Notes: a model not told the origin generated them from the letters alone. A DNA stretch of 64,000 bases from an uncultured Gemmatimonadaceae bacterium (GCA_963751275.1 CAVVTZ010000014.1:1-64000); one strand, 5' to 3'. Positions 10,721 to 21,549 are shown, counted from the stretch's first letter. Translations and numbers: made by a program.

Positions 10721-10731
10721 GACGAGATCCC

Positions 10732-11482
10732 TCAAACGCGCGTCAGCACTCGCGGGCCCTGATCGGTGATCGCCACCGTATGCTCGAAGTGCGCCGACCG
10801 CGATCCGTCGCTCGTCACGATGGTCCATTGGTCGGGCATCGTGCGCGTCTCCGCCGAACCGACGTTCACCATCGGCTCGATCGCGATCGTGAGACCGGGC
10901 GCGAGCCGGTGGCCGCGCTTCGGCTTGCCGTAGTTCGGCACCTGCGGCTCCTCGTGCGGCGCGAAGCCCACGCCGTGCCCCACGAGCTCGCGCACCACGC
11001 TGAAGCCCCGCGCGCTCCACCACCGCCTGCACCGCCGCGCCGATGTCGCCGATGTGGTTCTGCACCGTGGCCGCCGCGATCCCCGCGTCGAGCGCCTGCT
11101 CCGTGACGGCGAGCAGCGCGCGCGACGTCTTGTCCACCTCGCCCACCGGCACCGTGATCGCCGCATCGGTGAAGAAGCCCCTGTAGTGCACGCCGATGTC
11201 GATCGACAGGAGATCGCCCTCCTCGAGCACGCGCTTCTGCGACGGGATCCCGTGCACGACCTCGTTGTTGATCGAGAGGCAAATGTTCTTCGGAAAATCG
11301 TAGAGCCCCTTGAACGCCGGCACGGCGTCGTGGCGCCGGATGGTGGCCGCCGCGATCTCGTCGAGTTCGAGCGTCGTCTTGCCGGGCGCGACCTGCTCCC
11401 GCACGGCCTCGATCGCGAGCGCGAGGATGCGCCCTCCCTCGGCCATCAATTCGATCTCGCGCGGACTCTTGAGCTGGATCAT
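10732..11482 (-). CDS. map: Methionine aminopeptidase type I; apparent frameshift in a G-run near 11007
   Basis: [42 protein letters not shown]. Confidence 0.95.
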
Positions 11483-12123
11483 TTCCCCACCGCCTTGAGC
11501 ACGCGCGCGGCCACCTCGTCCACGCCGCCCACCGCGTCCACGTGCACGACGCGCGCGCCGCCCTGCTCGTGCGAACGGTACCAGTGCAGCACGGGCGCCG
11601 TCTGCGCCTGGAAGACCTTCAACCGGTTGCGGATCGCCTCGGGCTCGTCGTCCTTCCGGCGTACGAGCTTGCCGCCGCATTTCTCGCACTTGGAGCCGGG
11701 CTCACGCCCCGTGTACGGCGTGGAGCAGTTCTCGCACACGGTGCGGCCGCCCAGGCGGCGCACCAGCTCCTCATCGTCGGCGTTGAACACCAGCACCACG
11801 TCCACCTTGCGGCCGAGGTCCGCGAGCACCGCGGCGAGCCCCTCGGCCTGCGGCAGCGTGCGCACTACGCCGTCGAGCACCACGCCCTTCGCCGCTTCGG
11901 CGGAGGCGAGGCGCTCCTTCATGATCCCGAGGATGACCGAGTCGGGCACGAGGTCGCCGCGGTCCATGTAGCCCTTGGCGGCGAGTCCCTGTGGCGTGCC
12001 CGCGCGCACCGCTTCCCGCAGCACGTCGCCGGTGGCGAGGTGCGGCACGCCGAGATGCGCGGCCAACCGCGCGCCCTGTGTGCCCTTGCCCACGCCCGGC
12101 GGTCCCAGCAACACGATGATCAT
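11479..12123 (-). CDS. adk: Adenylate kinase with zinc-type LID
   Basis: GPPGVGKGTQ; CENC...CEKC; RKDD. Confidence 0.96.
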   Translation of the reverse strand: MIIVLLGPPGVGKGTQGARLAAHLGVPHLATGDVLREAVRAGTPQGLAAKGYMDRGDLVPDSVILGIMKERLASAEAAKGVVLDGVVRTLPQAEGLAAVLADLGRKVDVVLVFNADDEELVRRLGGRTVCENCSTPYTGREPGSKCEKCGGKLVRRKDDEPEAIRNRLKVFQAQTAPVLHWYRSHEQGGARVVHVDAVGGVDEVAARVLKAVGK

Positions 12124-12186
12124 GGCGGGAATATGCGCGATGCGGCGCGCGACCGCGACCGGGGAATGCCGGACGCGGTGCGCGGG

Positions 12187-13521
12187 CTAGAAGCCGATGC
12201 CGCCGCGCCGGCTCATGCTCGTCCGGCCCTTCTTCATGAAGGTGTCGTACTTGCGCAGCAGCAGGTGCTGCTGGAGCTGCGCCACGGTGTCGAGGCCGAC
12301 GCCCACGACGATCAGCAGCGACGTGCCGCCGAAGCGGAACGGCGTATTGATCATGTCGGAGAGCACGATCGGGAGCAGCGCGATGAAGGTGAGGAAGATC
12401 GCGCCCGGCAGCGTGATGCGCGTGACGATGCGGTCGATGTACTCCGCCGTCCGCGCGCCCGGCTTCACGCCCGGAATGAACGCGCTCTGCTTCTTCAGAT
12501 TCTCGGCGATGTCCACCGGATTGAAGATGATCGCCGTGTAGAAGTACGTGAAGAACAGGATCAGCACGGCGGTGAGCAGGAAGTACCACAGCGTGCCCGG
12601 CTGGAGGTACTCGACCATCGACTGCAGCCAGGGCCACTTGAAGACCTGCGCGAGCAGCCCCGGCACGACGACCACCGTGGACGCGAAGATGATCGGCATC
12701 ACGTTCGCGGCGTTGAGCCGGAGCGGGATGAAGTTCTTGGCCGACTCGCGCTGCCGCCCGCGGGCCATCGTGCGCTGCGGGATCTGGATCGGCACGCGGC
12801 GCGCGGCGATGGTGATCGCCACCGTGGCCGCCACGACGAACACCATCACGACGCCCAGCAGGAGCAGCTTCACCATGGTGAGCGCGCCGGTCTGGATGTA
12901 GTTGTACGTCTGCCCGATGGCCGGCCAGATGCGCTCGACGATCGAGAAGAAGATCAGGAGCGACGCGCCGTTGCCGATGCCGCGCTCGGTGATCTGCTCG
13001 CCCAGCCACATGACGAAGATCGCGCCGGTGGTGAGCACGAGCACCATCTCGAGGCGGAAGGGCAGCCCGGGATTCTGCACCGCGCCCGCGAGCGACTCGG
13101 TGAAGATCGTATAGCCGAGCGCCTGCAACACGGCGATGGCCACGGTGAAGTACCGCGTCCACTGCGTGACCTTCTTCCGGCCCTCTTCGTCGCGCTGCAT
13201 CTTCTCGATCGTCGGAACCACCGCGCCGAAGATCTGGAAGACGATCGATGCCGAGATGTACGGCACGATGCCGAGCGCGAACACGGTGGCGCGCGAGAGG
13301 CCGCCGCCCACGAACAGGTCGTACAGCCCCAGAACGCCCGCGCCGCCCCCCTGTTGGTTCTGGAAGAACGCGAGCAGCGCGCGCGTGTCGATCCCCGGCG
13401 CGGTGATGTGCCCACCGATCCGGTAGATGAAGAGCGCGAGGAGCGTGAAGCCGATCTTGGACCGGAGTTCCGGGGTCTTCCAGGTCGCCGAGATCGCGCC
13501 GAGCGGATTGGTCTCTGCCAT
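12187..13521 (-). CDS. secY: Preprotein translocase subunit SecY
   Basis: FALGIVPYISASI, WLGEQITERGIGNG, IPGVKPG, FGGTSLLIVVGV. Confidence 0.97.
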   Translation of the reverse strand: MAETNPLGAISATWKTPELRSKIGFTLLALFIYRIGGHITAPGIDTRALLAFFQNQQGGGAGVLGLYDLFVGGGLSRATVFALGIVPYISASIVFQIFGAVVPTIEKMQRDEEGRKKVTQWTRYFTVAIAVLQALGYTIFTESLAGAVQNPGLPFRLEMVLVLTTGAIFVMWLGEQITERGIGNGASLLIFFSIVERIWPAIGQTYNYIQTGALTMVKLLLLGVVMVFVVAATVAITIAARRVPIQIPQRTMARGRQRESAKNFIPLRLNAANVMPIIFASTVVVVPGLLAQVFKWPWLQSMVEYLQPGTLWYFLLTAVLILFFTYFYTAIIFNPVDIAENLKKQSAFIPGVKPGARTAEYIDRIVTRITLPGAIFLTFIALLPIVLSDMINTPFRFGGTSLLIVVGVGLDTVAQLQQHLLLRKYDTFMKKGRTSMSRRGGIGF

Positions 13522-13522
13522 G

Positions 13523-14017
13523 CTACTCCTCGACGCGGCCACCGGCCGCGGCGATCGCTTCTCGCACCGAGGCGCTCATCTTGACGCCCTTCACGGTGTA
13601 GGCCTTGGTGACCTTGCCGTTCGCGAGCAGCTTCGCCGGACCCTTGGCGTCGCGGATCAAGCCCGCCTTCGCCAGCGCCTCACGCGTCACTTCCGTGCCC
13701 GCGGGGAGCGCGTTCAGATCGCCGAGCCGCACGATCTGCGACTCCACGCGGAACGGGTTCGTGAAGCCGCGCTTGGGCAGCCGGCGCGTGAGCGGCATCT
13801 GGCCGCCCTCGAAGCGCGGCTTGCCGCCGCCGTGGCCGTGGTGGCCCGAGCGCGCCTTGATGCCCTTGTGTCCCTTGCCCGACGTCTTGCCGGTGCCGGA
13901 GCCCGGACCGCGGCCCAACCGCTTGCGCTCGCGGTGCGAGAACGGCGCCGCGCGCAGGTTGTGCAGGGTGAGCTTCTCGACTTCGGTCTCTTTCGCTTTG
14001 GTCTTGGCCATGGTCAT
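13523..14017 (-). CDS. rplO: 50S ribosomal protein L15
   Basis: [32 protein letters not shown] overlap with rpmD. Confidence 0.96.
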   Translation of the reverse strand: MTMAKTKAKETEVEKLTLHNLRAAPFSHRERKRLGRGPGSGTGKTSGKGHKGIKARSGHHGHGGGKPRFEGGQMPLTRRLPKRGFTNPFRVESQIVRLGDLNALPAGTEVTREALAKAGLIRDAKGPAKLLANGKVTKAYTVKGVKMSASVREAIAAAGGRVEE

Positions 14018-14265
14018 CCCTTCACCGGCGTCACCTTCACCAGGTGACGCACGCGCTTGATCTGTCCGCGGAGCGACGGCGAGTCCGTCTTCACCACGAC
14101 ATCCTGATGATGCTTGAGGCCGATCGCCTCGAGCGTCTGCTTCATCACCCACGAATGGCCGATGCCGCTGCGCACCTGCTCGATGCGGACCTTCCCCTTC
14201 GTGACCTTATTGCTCGGCGTGACCTTGGGTCCCCGCCCCGGATGCCAGACGAATGTGCGCGGCAT
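14014..14265 (-). CDS. rpmD: 50S ribosomal protein L30 with N-terminal extension
   Basis: [11 protein letters not shown]...TLEAIGL...[12 protein letters not shown]; position between rpsE and rplO. Confidence 0.92.
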   Translation of the reverse strand: MPRTFVWHPGRGPKVTPSNKVTKGKVRIEQVRSGIGHSWVMKQTLEAIGLKHHQDVVVKTDSPSLRGQIKRVRHLVKVTPVKG

Positions 14266-15081
14266 TTAGACGGCCTCCTTCGACTTCGCGCGGGACTTGT
14301 ACTGGATGCTCGAGACCTCGACGTCGCGCTCGCGCGCGATCTGTTCCACGGTGGTCAGGTGCGTCAGGCCGTGCAGTGCCGCGCGCACCATGTTGTGCGG
14401 ATTCGTGGAGCCGAGGCTCTTCGTGAGGATGTCGGTCACGCCGCAGCACTCGAGCAGCGAGCGGACCGCGCCGCCGGCGATGACGCCGGCGCCCGGTGCC
14501 GCGGGCTTCATGAGCACGCGACCGGCGCCGTGCTTGCCGACGATCTCGTGCGGGATCGTGCTCCCCGTGCGCGGGATGTGGATCATGTTGCGGCGCGCGG
14601 CGTCCACCGCCTTGCGCACCGCTTCGGACACCTCGTTCGCCTTGCCGGTGGCGACGCCCACCTTGCCCTGCCCGTCGCCCACGGCGACGAGCGCGTTGAA
14701 GCTGAAGCGCCGGCCGCCCTTCACGACCTTGGCCACGCGATTGATCGCGATGACGTTCTCGACGAGATCGCTGCCTTCGCGCTCGCCGCCGCGGCCGCCA
14801 TCACGGCCGCCGCCACCGCCACCGCCGCCACGACCGCGGTTCGGGCCACCGCCCGGTCCGCCGCCGCCGCCCGGCCCGCCGCGGCCGCCACCACCGCCGC
14901 CAGGACCGCCGCGTCCACGACCGCCGCCGCCCGGGCCGCCACGGCCACGACCGCCGGGGCCGCCGCCAGAGCGGGCACTGCCGCCGCTGCGCGCGCTGCC
15001 GCCCGTACGTGGCGCCGGAGCGCCGCTCGAAGCGCCCGTGCCGCCGGCGCTCACCGTTTCCAGACTCGGATTCTCAGCCAT
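14266..15081 (-). CDS. rpsE: 30S ribosomal protein S5 with long Gly/Arg-rich N-terminus
   Basis: [37 protein letters not shown]. Confidence 0.96.
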   Translation of the reverse strand: MAENPSLETVSAGGTGASSGAPAPRTGGSARSGGSARSGGGPGGRGRGGPGGGGRGRGGPGGGGGGRGGPGGGGGPGGGPNRGRGGGGGGGGRDGGRGGEREGSDLVENVIAINRVAKVVKGGRRFSFNALVAVGDGQGKVGVATGKANEVSEAVRKAVDAARRNMIHIPRTGSTIPHEIVGKHGAGRVLMKPAAPGAGVIAGGAVRSLLECCGVTDILTKSLGSTNPHNMVRAALHGLTHLTTVEQIARERDVEVSSIQYKSRAKSKEAV

Positions 15082-15441
15082 TTAAAACTCCAGACCGCCC
15101 TCGCGGGCGCCATCGGCCACTGCCTTCACGCGGCCGTGATACTTGTATCCAGCGCGGTCGAAGACCACCTGCTTGATCCCCGCCTTCTTGGCCGCCGCCG
15201 CGAGCGCCTTGCCCACCGCCGTCGACCGCTCCGCCTTCTTCCCTTCGCCGACGGTCAGGTCCGACACCGTCATGAGCGTCCGCTGCACGCTGTCATCCAC
15301 GAGCTGCGCGTAGATGTGCTTGAGCGAACGCTTCACCACGAGGCGCGGACGCGCCGTCGTGCCTTCCACCTTCTTCCGCACACGCAGGTGCCGGCGCGAA
15401 CGCCGCTCGGCACGCGTCTTGGGCTTATGAATGGCCTTCAT
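15082..15441 (-). CDS. rplR: 50S ribosomal protein L18
   Basis: [30 protein letters not shown]. Confidence 0.97.
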   Translation of the reverse strand: MKAIHKPKTRAERRSRRHLRVRKKVEGTTARPRLVVKRSLKHIYAQLVDDSVQRTLMTVSDLTVGEGKKAERSTAVGKALAAAAKKAGIKQVVFDRAGYKYHGRVKAVADGAREGGLEF

Positions 15442-15444
15442 CGC

Positions 15445-15984
15445 TTACTTGCCTCCCGCCTTGCCGGCCTTCCGCCGGATCTGCTCGCCAACGTACTTGA
15501 TCCCCTTGCCCTTGTACGGCTCCGGCGGGCGCAGGCTGCGCAGTTCCGCCGCCACCTGCCCGACCATCTCCTTGTTCGCGCCTTCGATCGTGATCGACGT
15601 CGGCTGCGGCGCCGTGAGCTTGATCCCCTTCGGCGCCTTGTACTCGATCGCGTGCGAGAAGCCGAGCGCGAGCTGCAGCCCGTAGGGCTTCTGCTCCGCC
15701 TTGTAGCCGACGCCCACGATCTCGAGCTGCTTGGAGAAGCCCTTCGTCACGCCCTCGACCATGTTGGCCACGAGCGTGCGCGTCAGGCCGTGCAGCGCCT
15801 TGTGTTCGTTCTCGTCACTCGGGCGCGTCACGACCACCGTCTCTCCCTCGACGACGACCTTCATCGCCGCCGGGAGCGACCGCGCGAGCTCGCCCTTCGG
15901 ACCCTTCACCGTGATGTTGTGGCCGGACACGGCCGCCGTGACTCCCTTCGGCAGCGGTACCGGCTTCTTCCCGATTCGCGACAT
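15445..15984 (-). CDS. rplF: 50S ribosomal protein L6
   Basis: MSRIGKKP, RPPEPYKGKGI. Confidence 0.98.
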   Translation of the reverse strand: MSRIGKKPVPLPKGVTAAVSGHNITVKGPKGELARSLPAAMKVVVEGETVVVTRPSDENEHKALHGLTRTLVANMVEGVTKGFSKQLEIVGVGYKAEQKPYGLQLALGFSHAIEYKAPKGIKLTAPQPTSITIEGANKEMVGQVAAELRSLRPPEPYKGKGIKYVGEQIRRKAGKAGGK

Positions 15985-15994
15985 GGTTGCTCCG

Positions 15995-16396
15995 TTACCA
16001 GACGAGGGCGAGCAGCTCGCCGCCCGTGCGGGCCTGACGGGCCTGGCGGTCGGTCATGAGCCCTTTCGAGGTGCTCAGGATCGCCATGCCCAGCCCGTTG
16101 CGGACGCGCGGGATCTCGGTGGCGCCGACATAGCGGCGGAGCCCCGGGGTGGAGATGCGCCGGATCTCGCGGATCACGGGCTGCTCCCCCTGCGCGTACT
16201 TCAGATAGAGGCGGAGCACCGGGCGTCCGTCCTCGGCGGCGACCGTCTTCACGTCCTTGATGTAGTTGTTCTCAAGGAGGATGCGGGCGATCTCGGCCTT
16301 CAGCTTCGACGCCGGGATATCGACGCGGCGGTGCTTCGATCCGCAGGCATTGCGGATCCGCGTCAACATGTCGGCGATCGGGTCGGTCATGCTCAT
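15995..16396 (-). CDS. rpsH: 30S ribosomal protein S8
   Basis: MTDPIADMLTRIRN, ISTPGLRRY, ILSTSKG. Confidence 0.98.
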   Translation of the reverse strand: MSMTDPIADMLTRIRNACGSKHRRVDIPASKLKAEIARILLENNYIKDVKTVAAEDGRPVLRLYLKYAQGEQPVIREIRRISTPGLRRYVGATEIPRVRNGLGMAILSTSKGLMTDRQARQARTGGELLALVW

Positions 16397-16460
16397 TCGT
16401 TATTTCCCTTGCTCCTACCGTATCCCATGGGGACGTGTAGGAATGAAATGTTTGCAAACG

Positions 16461-16508
16461 CTCGGGAGTCGGGGGTCGGGAATCGATTCCCGACTCCCGG
16501 TTCCCGAG
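16461..16508. repeat. (GGGAGTC)n heptamer palindrome, copy 1
   Basis: CTCGGGAGTCGGGGGTCGGGAATC followed by its inverted complement. Confidence 0.85.
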
Positions 16509-16511
16509 TAC

Positions 16512-16697
16512 TTACCAGCTGCTCTTCGTCACGCCCGGGATCAGGCCGTTCAGGGCCAGCTCCCGGAAACAGAGACGGCAGATGCCGAACTTGCGCAGGT
16601 ACGCGCGCGACCGGCCGCAGCGCTGGCACCGGTTGTGCTTGCGCACCGCGAACTTCGGCTTCCGCTTGGACTTCTCGACCATGGCCTTACGTGCCAT
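16512..16697 (-). CDS. rpsN: 30S ribosomal protein S14, short zinc-ribbon type
   Basis: 61 aa; RCQRCGR...[10 protein letters not shown]...PGVTKSSW. Confidence 0.97.
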   Translation of the reverse strand: MARKAMVEKSKRKPKFAVRKHNRCQRCGRSRAYLRKFGICRLCFRELALNGLIPGVTKSSW

Positions 16698-16720
16698 TGA
16701 ACACTCTCTAGATAAAGTTC

Positions 16721-16756
16721 GGGCGTGTCAGCGACAGCCGACAGCCGACAGCCTGC
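16721..16756. repeat. (GACAGCC)n heptamer repeat
   Basis: GCGACAGCCGACAGCCGACAGCCTGC; same unit at 49286-49339 and, degenerate, at 40621-40650. Confidence 0.75.
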
Positions 16757-16759
16757 TGT

Positions 16760-17467
16760 TCACATCTGGACTACGATCGGCTTGTCATCCCCACGGAACG
16801 GCATGCCCAACTCACGGAGCAGCGCGAACGACTGGTCGTCCTTCGTCGTGCTCGTGACGAAGGTGATGTCCATGCCGTGCACCTGCTCCACTTGATCGAA
16901 GTTGATCTCCGGGAAGATCACCTGCTCCTTGAGACCCACGGAGTAGTTGCCGCGGCCGTCGAAGGAGCGCGTGTTCATGCCGCGGAAGTCGCGGATGCGC
17001 GGGATCGCGACCGCGATGAAACGGTCGAGGAACTCCCACATCCTCGCACCGCGCAACGTGACGCTCGCGCCGATCTCGAGGCCCTGGCGCAGCCCGAAGT
17101 TCGACACCGACTTCTTCGCCTTCGTGCGCACCGGGCGCTGGCCGGAGATGATCTCCAGCTCGGTCACGATGCCATCGAGCAGCTTGGGCTGCTTGACCGC
17201 TTCGCCGAAGCCCACGTTGATCACGATCTTCGTGAGATTCGGGATCTGGTGGACGTTCGTGAGCCCGAACTGCTGCTGCAGCTTCGGACGCACCGTTTTC
17301 GTGTAGTAGACGTGCAGGCGCGCGGGCACCACCGGCTTGTCGATGCCGGTATGCGGTCCGCGGGCCGCCGCTTCCGCGGCGCCCTTCTTCGCCTTCTTGA
17401 CCTTCTTCTCGGCCTGCTCCGGCTTCGGAGCCTTCTCCGTCTTGTCCTGCTTCTCGGTCGTCGCCAT
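16760..17467 (-). CDS. rplE: 50S ribosomal protein L5 with N-terminal Lys/Glu/Ala-rich extension
   Basis: KIVINVG, ISGQRP, IPRIRDFRG, FDGRGNY, IFPEI. Confidence 0.97.
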   Translation of the reverse strand: MATTEKQDKTEKAPKPEQAEKKVKKAKKGAAEAAARGPHTGIDKPVVPARLHVYYTKTVRPKLQQQFGLTNVHQIPNLTKIVINVGFGEAVKQPKLLDGIVTELEIISGQRPVRTKAKKSVSNFGLRQGLEIGASVTLRGARMWEFLDRFIAVAIPRIRDFRGMNTRSFDGRGNYSVGLKEQVIFPEINFDQVEQVHGMDITFVTSTTKDDQSFALLRELGMPFRGDDKPIVVQM

Positions 17468-17481
17468 GGCTATGTCCTCTC

Positions 17482-17889
17482 TCAGCGCTTCGCGCGGGGA
17501 ATGGTGTCGCCGCTCTTCGCGCTGATGCGCTCCTTCGTCTGGTCGTCGTCGAACCGCGACCGCGTGCGTGTCGGCTCACCCGATTTCGGGTCGAGCAGCA
17601 TCACGTTCGAGTGGTGGATCGGCGCCGGGAAATCGATGATCCCGCCCTGCTCGTCGGCGCTCCGCGCCTTGCGGTGCCGCTTCACGATGTTCACGCCGTC
17701 GATCACCACGCGCCCCGTCTTGGGATAGACGCGCGTGATCTTCCCTTCCTTGCCCTTGTCGTCGCCGCGCATCACGCGCACGGTGTCGCCCTTCGACACC
17801 GGCATCGCGTAGCGCTCGCCGTTCACGGCGTGGCGCGCCGCGTTCTTCACGCTGCGCCGCTGGGTCTTCCGGTATTTCAGGATGCGCAT
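17482..17889 (-). CDS. rplX: 50S ribosomal protein L24 with basic N-terminal extension
   Basis: [17 protein letters not shown] (KOW), PIHHSNV. Confidence 0.95.
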   Translation of the reverse strand: MRILKYRKTQRRSVKNAARHAVNGERYAMPVSKGDTVRVMRGDDKGKEGKITRVYPKTGRVVIDGVNIVKRHRKARSADEQGGIIDFPAPIHHSNVMLLDPKSGEPTRTRSRFDDDQTKERISAKSGDTIPRAKR

Positions 17890-17890
17890 G

Positions 17891-18259
17891 TCAGAGCACC
17901 TCTGGCGCGAGCGAGACGATCTTCATGAACTTCTTGTCGCGCAGTTCGCGGGCCACCGGCCCGAAGATGCGCGTCGCCCGCGGCTCGCCTTGTTCGTTGA
18001 TGATCACCACCGCGTTCTCGTCGAAGCGGATGTACGTCCCGTCCTTGCGCCGCGTCTCCTTCACCGTGCGCACCACCACGGCGCGCGCGACGTCGGACTT
18101 CTTCACGGTGCCGTTCGGCAGCGCATCCTTCACCGCGACGATCACGGTGTCTCCCAGTCCGGCATAACGGCGGCGCGTGCCGCCCAGGACGCGGATCACC
18201 AGGGCGCGCTTGGCGCCCGAGTTGTCCGCGACCTTCACGATGGATTCCTGTTGGATCAT
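17891..18259 (-). CDS. rplN: 50S ribosomal protein L14
   Basis: [17 protein letters not shown]...[11 protein letters not shown]...SLAPEVL. Confidence 0.98.
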   Translation of the reverse strand: MIQQESIVKVADNSGAKRALVIRVLGGTRRRYAGLGDTVIVAVKDALPNGTVKKSDVARAVVVRTVKETRRKDGTYIRFDENAVVIINEQGEPRATRIFGPVARELRDKKFMKIVSLAPEVL

Positions 18260-18271
18260 GGCCGGTTCTCC

Positions 18272-18556
18272 TTAGCGCGCGCGCTCGAGGATCTCGACCA
18301 CACGCCACCGCTTGTCCTTCGACAACGGCCGGGTCTCCATGATGCGCACGCGATCGCCCGTCTTGGCCCCGTTGTCCGCGCAGTGCGCTTTCAGGCGCTT
18401 GCTCCGCGTGATCATCTTGCCGTACAGCGGGTGCGGGAAGCGGCGCTCGATCGCGACCACCACCGTCTTGTCCATCTTGTCGCTGACCACGAGCCCGATG
18501 CGCGTCTTCCGCGCACCACGGTTCTCGGTCCCGGTCTGCTTCATCGTCTCGGCCAT
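18272..18556 (-). CDS. rpsQ: 30S ribosomal protein S17
   Basis: [31 protein letters not shown]. Confidence 0.97.
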   Translation of the reverse strand: MAETMKQTGTENRGARKTRIGLVVSDKMDKTVVVAIERRFPHPLYGKMITRSKRLKAHCADNGAKTGDRVRIMETRPLSKDKRWRVVEILERAR

Positions 18557-18574
18557 GTTGTCCTATTTTCCTGG

Positions 18575-18790
18575 CTAGCGTGCTTGACGCGAATCGGACG
18601 CGCCCAGCGCGCGCTGCCGCAATACCGTATTGAGCCGCGCGATGTCCTTGCGGAGCGCGCGGAAACGCAGTGGATCGTCCAGCGCTTCGGTCGCCGCGCG
18701 GAACTTGAGCCGGAAGCGCTCCTCCTTGAGCTCCGCCAGCCGCGCACGGATCTCGTCGTCCTTCAGCTCGCGAATGTCTTCAGCCTGCAT
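18575..18790 (-). CDS. rpmC: 50S ribosomal protein L29
   Basis: [11 protein letters not shown]...RKDIARLNT; position after rplP. Confidence 0.95.
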   Translation of the reverse strand: MQAEDIRELKDDEIRARLAELKEERFRLKFRAATEALDDPLRFRALRKDIARLNTVLRQRALGASDSRQAR

Positions 18791-19208
18791 TGGTGTGCGC
18801 CTCCTCGCGTGCCACGAACTTGGTCTTCACCGAAAGCTTCGCCGCCGCCAGCGCCATCGCCTTCTCGGCCAGCGGACGGTCGATCCCCTCGAGTTCGAAC
18901 ATCACCCGTCCCGGCTTCACCACCGCCACCCATCCCTCCGGCGACCCCTTTCCCTTGCCCATGCGGGTCTCGGCCGGCTTCTTGGTGATCGGCTTGTCCG
19001 GGAAGATCCGGATCCACACCTTGCCGCCGCGCTTGATGTGCCGCGTGAGCGCGACGCGGGCGGCTTCGATCTGCCGCGCGCTCACCCACCCCGGCTCCAT
19101 CGCCTGCAGCCCATAGTGGCCGAACGCCACGGTGTGACCGCGCGTGGCGATCCCCTTCGTGCGGCCCTTGAACATCTTGCGGAATTTGACGCGCTTCGGA
19201 CTCAGCAT
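18780..19208 (-). CDS. rplP: 50S ribosomal protein L16
   Basis: [30 protein letters not shown]. Confidence 0.98.
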   Translation of the reverse strand: MLSPKRVKFRKMFKGRTKGIATRGHTVAFGHYGLQAMEPGWVSARQIEAARVALTRHIKRGGKVWIRIFPDKPITKKPAETRMGKGKGSPEGWVAVVKPGRVMFELEGIDRPLAEKAMALAAAKLSVKTKFVAREEAHTNAG

Positions 19209-19216
19209 GATTTACC

Positions 19217-19876
19217 TCACGCCCCCGTCGAGTACGTCGAACCGCGGCGGCCCACCGTATCCTCGCCGTGGAAGATCCAGACCTTCACGCCGATCGTGCC
19301 GAAGGTGGTCTTCGCGGTGGACGTCGCGTAATCGATCTTCGCGCGCAGCGTATGGAGAGGCACCCGCCCCTCGTGATAGCCCTCGACGCGCGCGATCTCC
19401 GCGCCGCCGAGCCGGCCGCCGCACTTGATCTTGATCCCCTGCGCGCCCATGCGCATCGCGCTCTGCACCGCCCGCTTCATCGCGCGGCGGAACGAGATGC
19501 GCTGCGCCAGCTGGTGCGCGATCTGGTCGCCCACGAGCTGCGCATCCAGCTCCGGACGCTTCACTTCCTCGACGTTGATCCCGACTTCCTTGCCGGTGAG
19601 CTGCGCGAGTTCGTCGCGGAGCTTGTCGACCTCGGCGCCCTTCTTGCCGATCACGACGCCCGGCCGGCCCGTGTGGATCGTCGCCACGACCTTGCCCGGC
19701 TTGCGCTCGATCGTGATGTCGCTGATCGCGGCATGACCGAGGCGCGCCTTCAGGTAGCGGCGGAGCAATTCATCTTCCTTCAGCAGCGCGGGGAAATCAC
19801 GGTTGGCGTACCACTTGGAGCGGTGGTCCCGCGTGATCCCGAGGCGGAAGCCGATCGGATTGACTTTCTGTCCCAT
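19217..19876 (-). CDS. rpsC: 30S ribosomal protein S3
   Basis: [33 protein letters not shown]. Confidence 0.98.
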   Translation of the reverse strand: MGQKVNPIGFRLGITRDHRSKWYANRDFPALLKEDELLRRYLKARLGHAAISDITIERKPGKVVATIHTGRPGVVIGKKGAEVDKLRDELAQLTGKEVGINVEEVKRPELDAQLVGDQIAHQLAQRISFRRAMKRAVQSAMRMGAQGIKIKCGGRLGGAEIARVEGYHEGRVPLHTLRAKIDYATSTAKTTFGTIGVKVWIFHGEDTVGRRGSTYSTGA

Positions 19877-20241
19877 TAGCGACCCTTCCTCTCGGCGACC
19901 ACGATCTCGACGTGGCTCGTCCGCTTGGCGATAGGTGTGCCCCGGCCCATGGCCGCCGGCATGAAGCGCTTCAGCTTCGGTCCCTCGTTCACGATCGCAT
20001 GCTTCACGAACAGCTTGTCCGTGTCCAACGGCTCGCTCGCGGCGCGGGCATGCTGCTCCGCGTTCGCGACCGCACTCTTGAGCACCTTCCCGATCTGCTT
20101 CGCGGCGTGCTTCTTCGAGAACGTGAGGAGCGCGAGCGCATCGTTCACGTTCATGCCGCGGATCTGATCGATCACCAGCCGCATCTTGTACGGCGACTGG
20201 CGGGTGGTGCGCTGGATCGCGCGCACGTCAGCCATGATCAC
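19876..20241 (-). CDS. rplV: 50S ribosomal protein L22
   Basis: [33 protein letters not shown]. Confidence 0.96.
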   Translation of the reverse strand: MIMADVRAIQRTTRQSPYKMRLVIDQIRGMNVNDALALLTFSKKHAAKQIGKVLKSAVANAEQHARAASEPLDTDKLFVKHAIVNEGPKLKRFMPAAMGRGTPIAKRTSHVEIVVAERKGR

Positions 20242-20612
20242 TTACCTCCCTTGGCCGGCGGCGCCGCCGGCGCTGCGGCGGCGGGTGCCGCACCCGGTCC
20301 GCCCGGCGCACTGCCCGGCGCACCCGGCGCGCCCGCCTTCTTGTCCACCGCCTTCATGCCCGTGTGCCCGCGGAAGAGCCGCGTCGGAGAGAACTCGCCG
20401 AGCTTGTGCCCGACCATGTTCTCCGTCACGTACACCGGGATGAACTTGTTCCCGTTGTGCACCGCGAACGTGTGCCCCACGAACTCCGGGGTCACCGTGC
20501 TCGCGCGGCTCCAGGTCTTCATGACCTTCTTCTCATTGGCCTTATTCAGCGCACGGACTCTCTTGAGGAGAACCGGCTGAACGAAGGGGCCTTTCTTGAT
20601 GCTGCGTGCCAT
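20238..20612 (-). CDS. rpsS: 30S ribosomal protein S19 with Ala/Pro/Gly-rich C-terminal tail
   Basis: [30 protein letters not shown]. Confidence 0.97.
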   Translation of the reverse strand: MARSIKKGPFVQPVLLKRVRALNKANEKKVMKTWSRASTVTPEFVGHTFAVHNGNKFIPVYVTENMVGHKLGEFSPTRLFRGHTGMKAVDKKAGAPGAPGSAPGGPGAAPAAAAPAAPPAKGGK

Positions 20613-20642
20613 AAGCTTGAATTCCTCTAAGTGGCTTTCGAA

Positions 20643-20711
20643 CTCGGGAGTCGGGAGTCGGGAATCGACGGCGGGATTCGTGTTGTCGAATCCCGACTCC
20701 CGATTCCCGAG
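20643..20711. repeat. (GGGAGTC)n heptamer palindrome, copy 2
   Basis: CTCGGGAGTCGGGAGTCGGGAATCGAC...GTCGAATCCCGACTCCCGATTCCCGAG. Confidence 0.88.
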
Positions 20712-20713
20712 CC

Positions 20714-21544
20714 TTACTGCGTCGCCTTGCCCCGCTTGCGCCCGCGAACCAGCATCTTCTGGGAGCTCTTCTTCTTGTTCCGCGTCTTCACGCCTTCCTT
20801 CTTGCCCCACGGACTCACCACGTTCCGGCCGCCGCGCGTGCGGCCGCCGTGCGGGTGGTCCACCGGGTTCATCACTTCACCGCGCACCTTGGGACGGCGG
20901 CCCTTCCAGCGCGACTTGCCCGCCTTGCCCCACGACAGCAGCTCGTGCTCCGAGTTGCCGACGGTGCCGATGGTCGCCATGCAGAGGCCGTGCACCAGGC
21001 GCATCTCGCTCGAGCCGAGCCGCAGCGTCACGTACTCGCCTTCCTTCGCCACCACCTGCGCGCTCTGGCCGGCCGAGCGCGCCATCTGGCCGCCCTTGCC
21101 GATCTTGAGCTCGATGTTGTGCACCGCGGTGCCAAGCGGGACTTCCTTGAGCGGGATCGCGTTGCCGAGCCGGATGTCCGAGCCCGGGCCCGACACGATC
21201 GTGTCGCCCACGTTCAGCCCCGCCGGGTGCAGCACGTAGCGCTTCTCGCCGTCCGCGTACTCCACCAGCGCGATGCGCGCCGAGCGATTCGGGTCGTACT
21301 CGATCTCGCGCACGGTGGCCACGACCCCCGGCTTGTTCCGCTTGAAGTCGATCATGCGGTACATCCGCTTGTGGCCGCCGCCGAGGCGGCGCATCGAGAT
21401 GTGCCCGTGATTGTCGCGCCCGCCGCTCTTCTTGAGCGGCTCGAGCAGCGACTTCTCGGGCGTCGTGCGCGTGATCTCGGCGAAATCCGAGACCGTGCGG
21501 AAGCGGGTGCCCTTCGTGACGGGCTTGAATTGACGGATTCCCAT
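20714..21544 (-). CDS. rplB: 50S ribosomal protein L2
   Basis: [41 protein letters not shown]. Confidence 0.98.
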   Translation of the reverse strand: MGIRQFKPVTKGTRFRTVSDFAEITRTTPEKSLLEPLKKSGGRDNHGHISMRRLGGGHKRMYRMIDFKRNKPGVVATVREIEYDPNRSARIALVEYADGEKRYVLHPAGLNVGDTIVSGPGSDIRLGNAIPLKEVPLGTAVHNIELKIGKGGQMARSAGQSAQVVAKEGEYVTLRLGSSEMRLVHGLCMATIGTVGNSEHELLSWGKAGKSRWKGRRPKVRGEVMNPVDHPHGGRTRGGRNVVSPWGKKEGVKTRNKKKSSQKMLVRGRKRGKATQ

Positions 21545-21549
21545 GGTCC

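Noticed and set aside
20613..20810. N-terminal extension of S19 in the ORF track
   Set aside because: It is read-through of rplB and the heptamer palindrome; the canonical start [10 protein letters not shown] is at 20612
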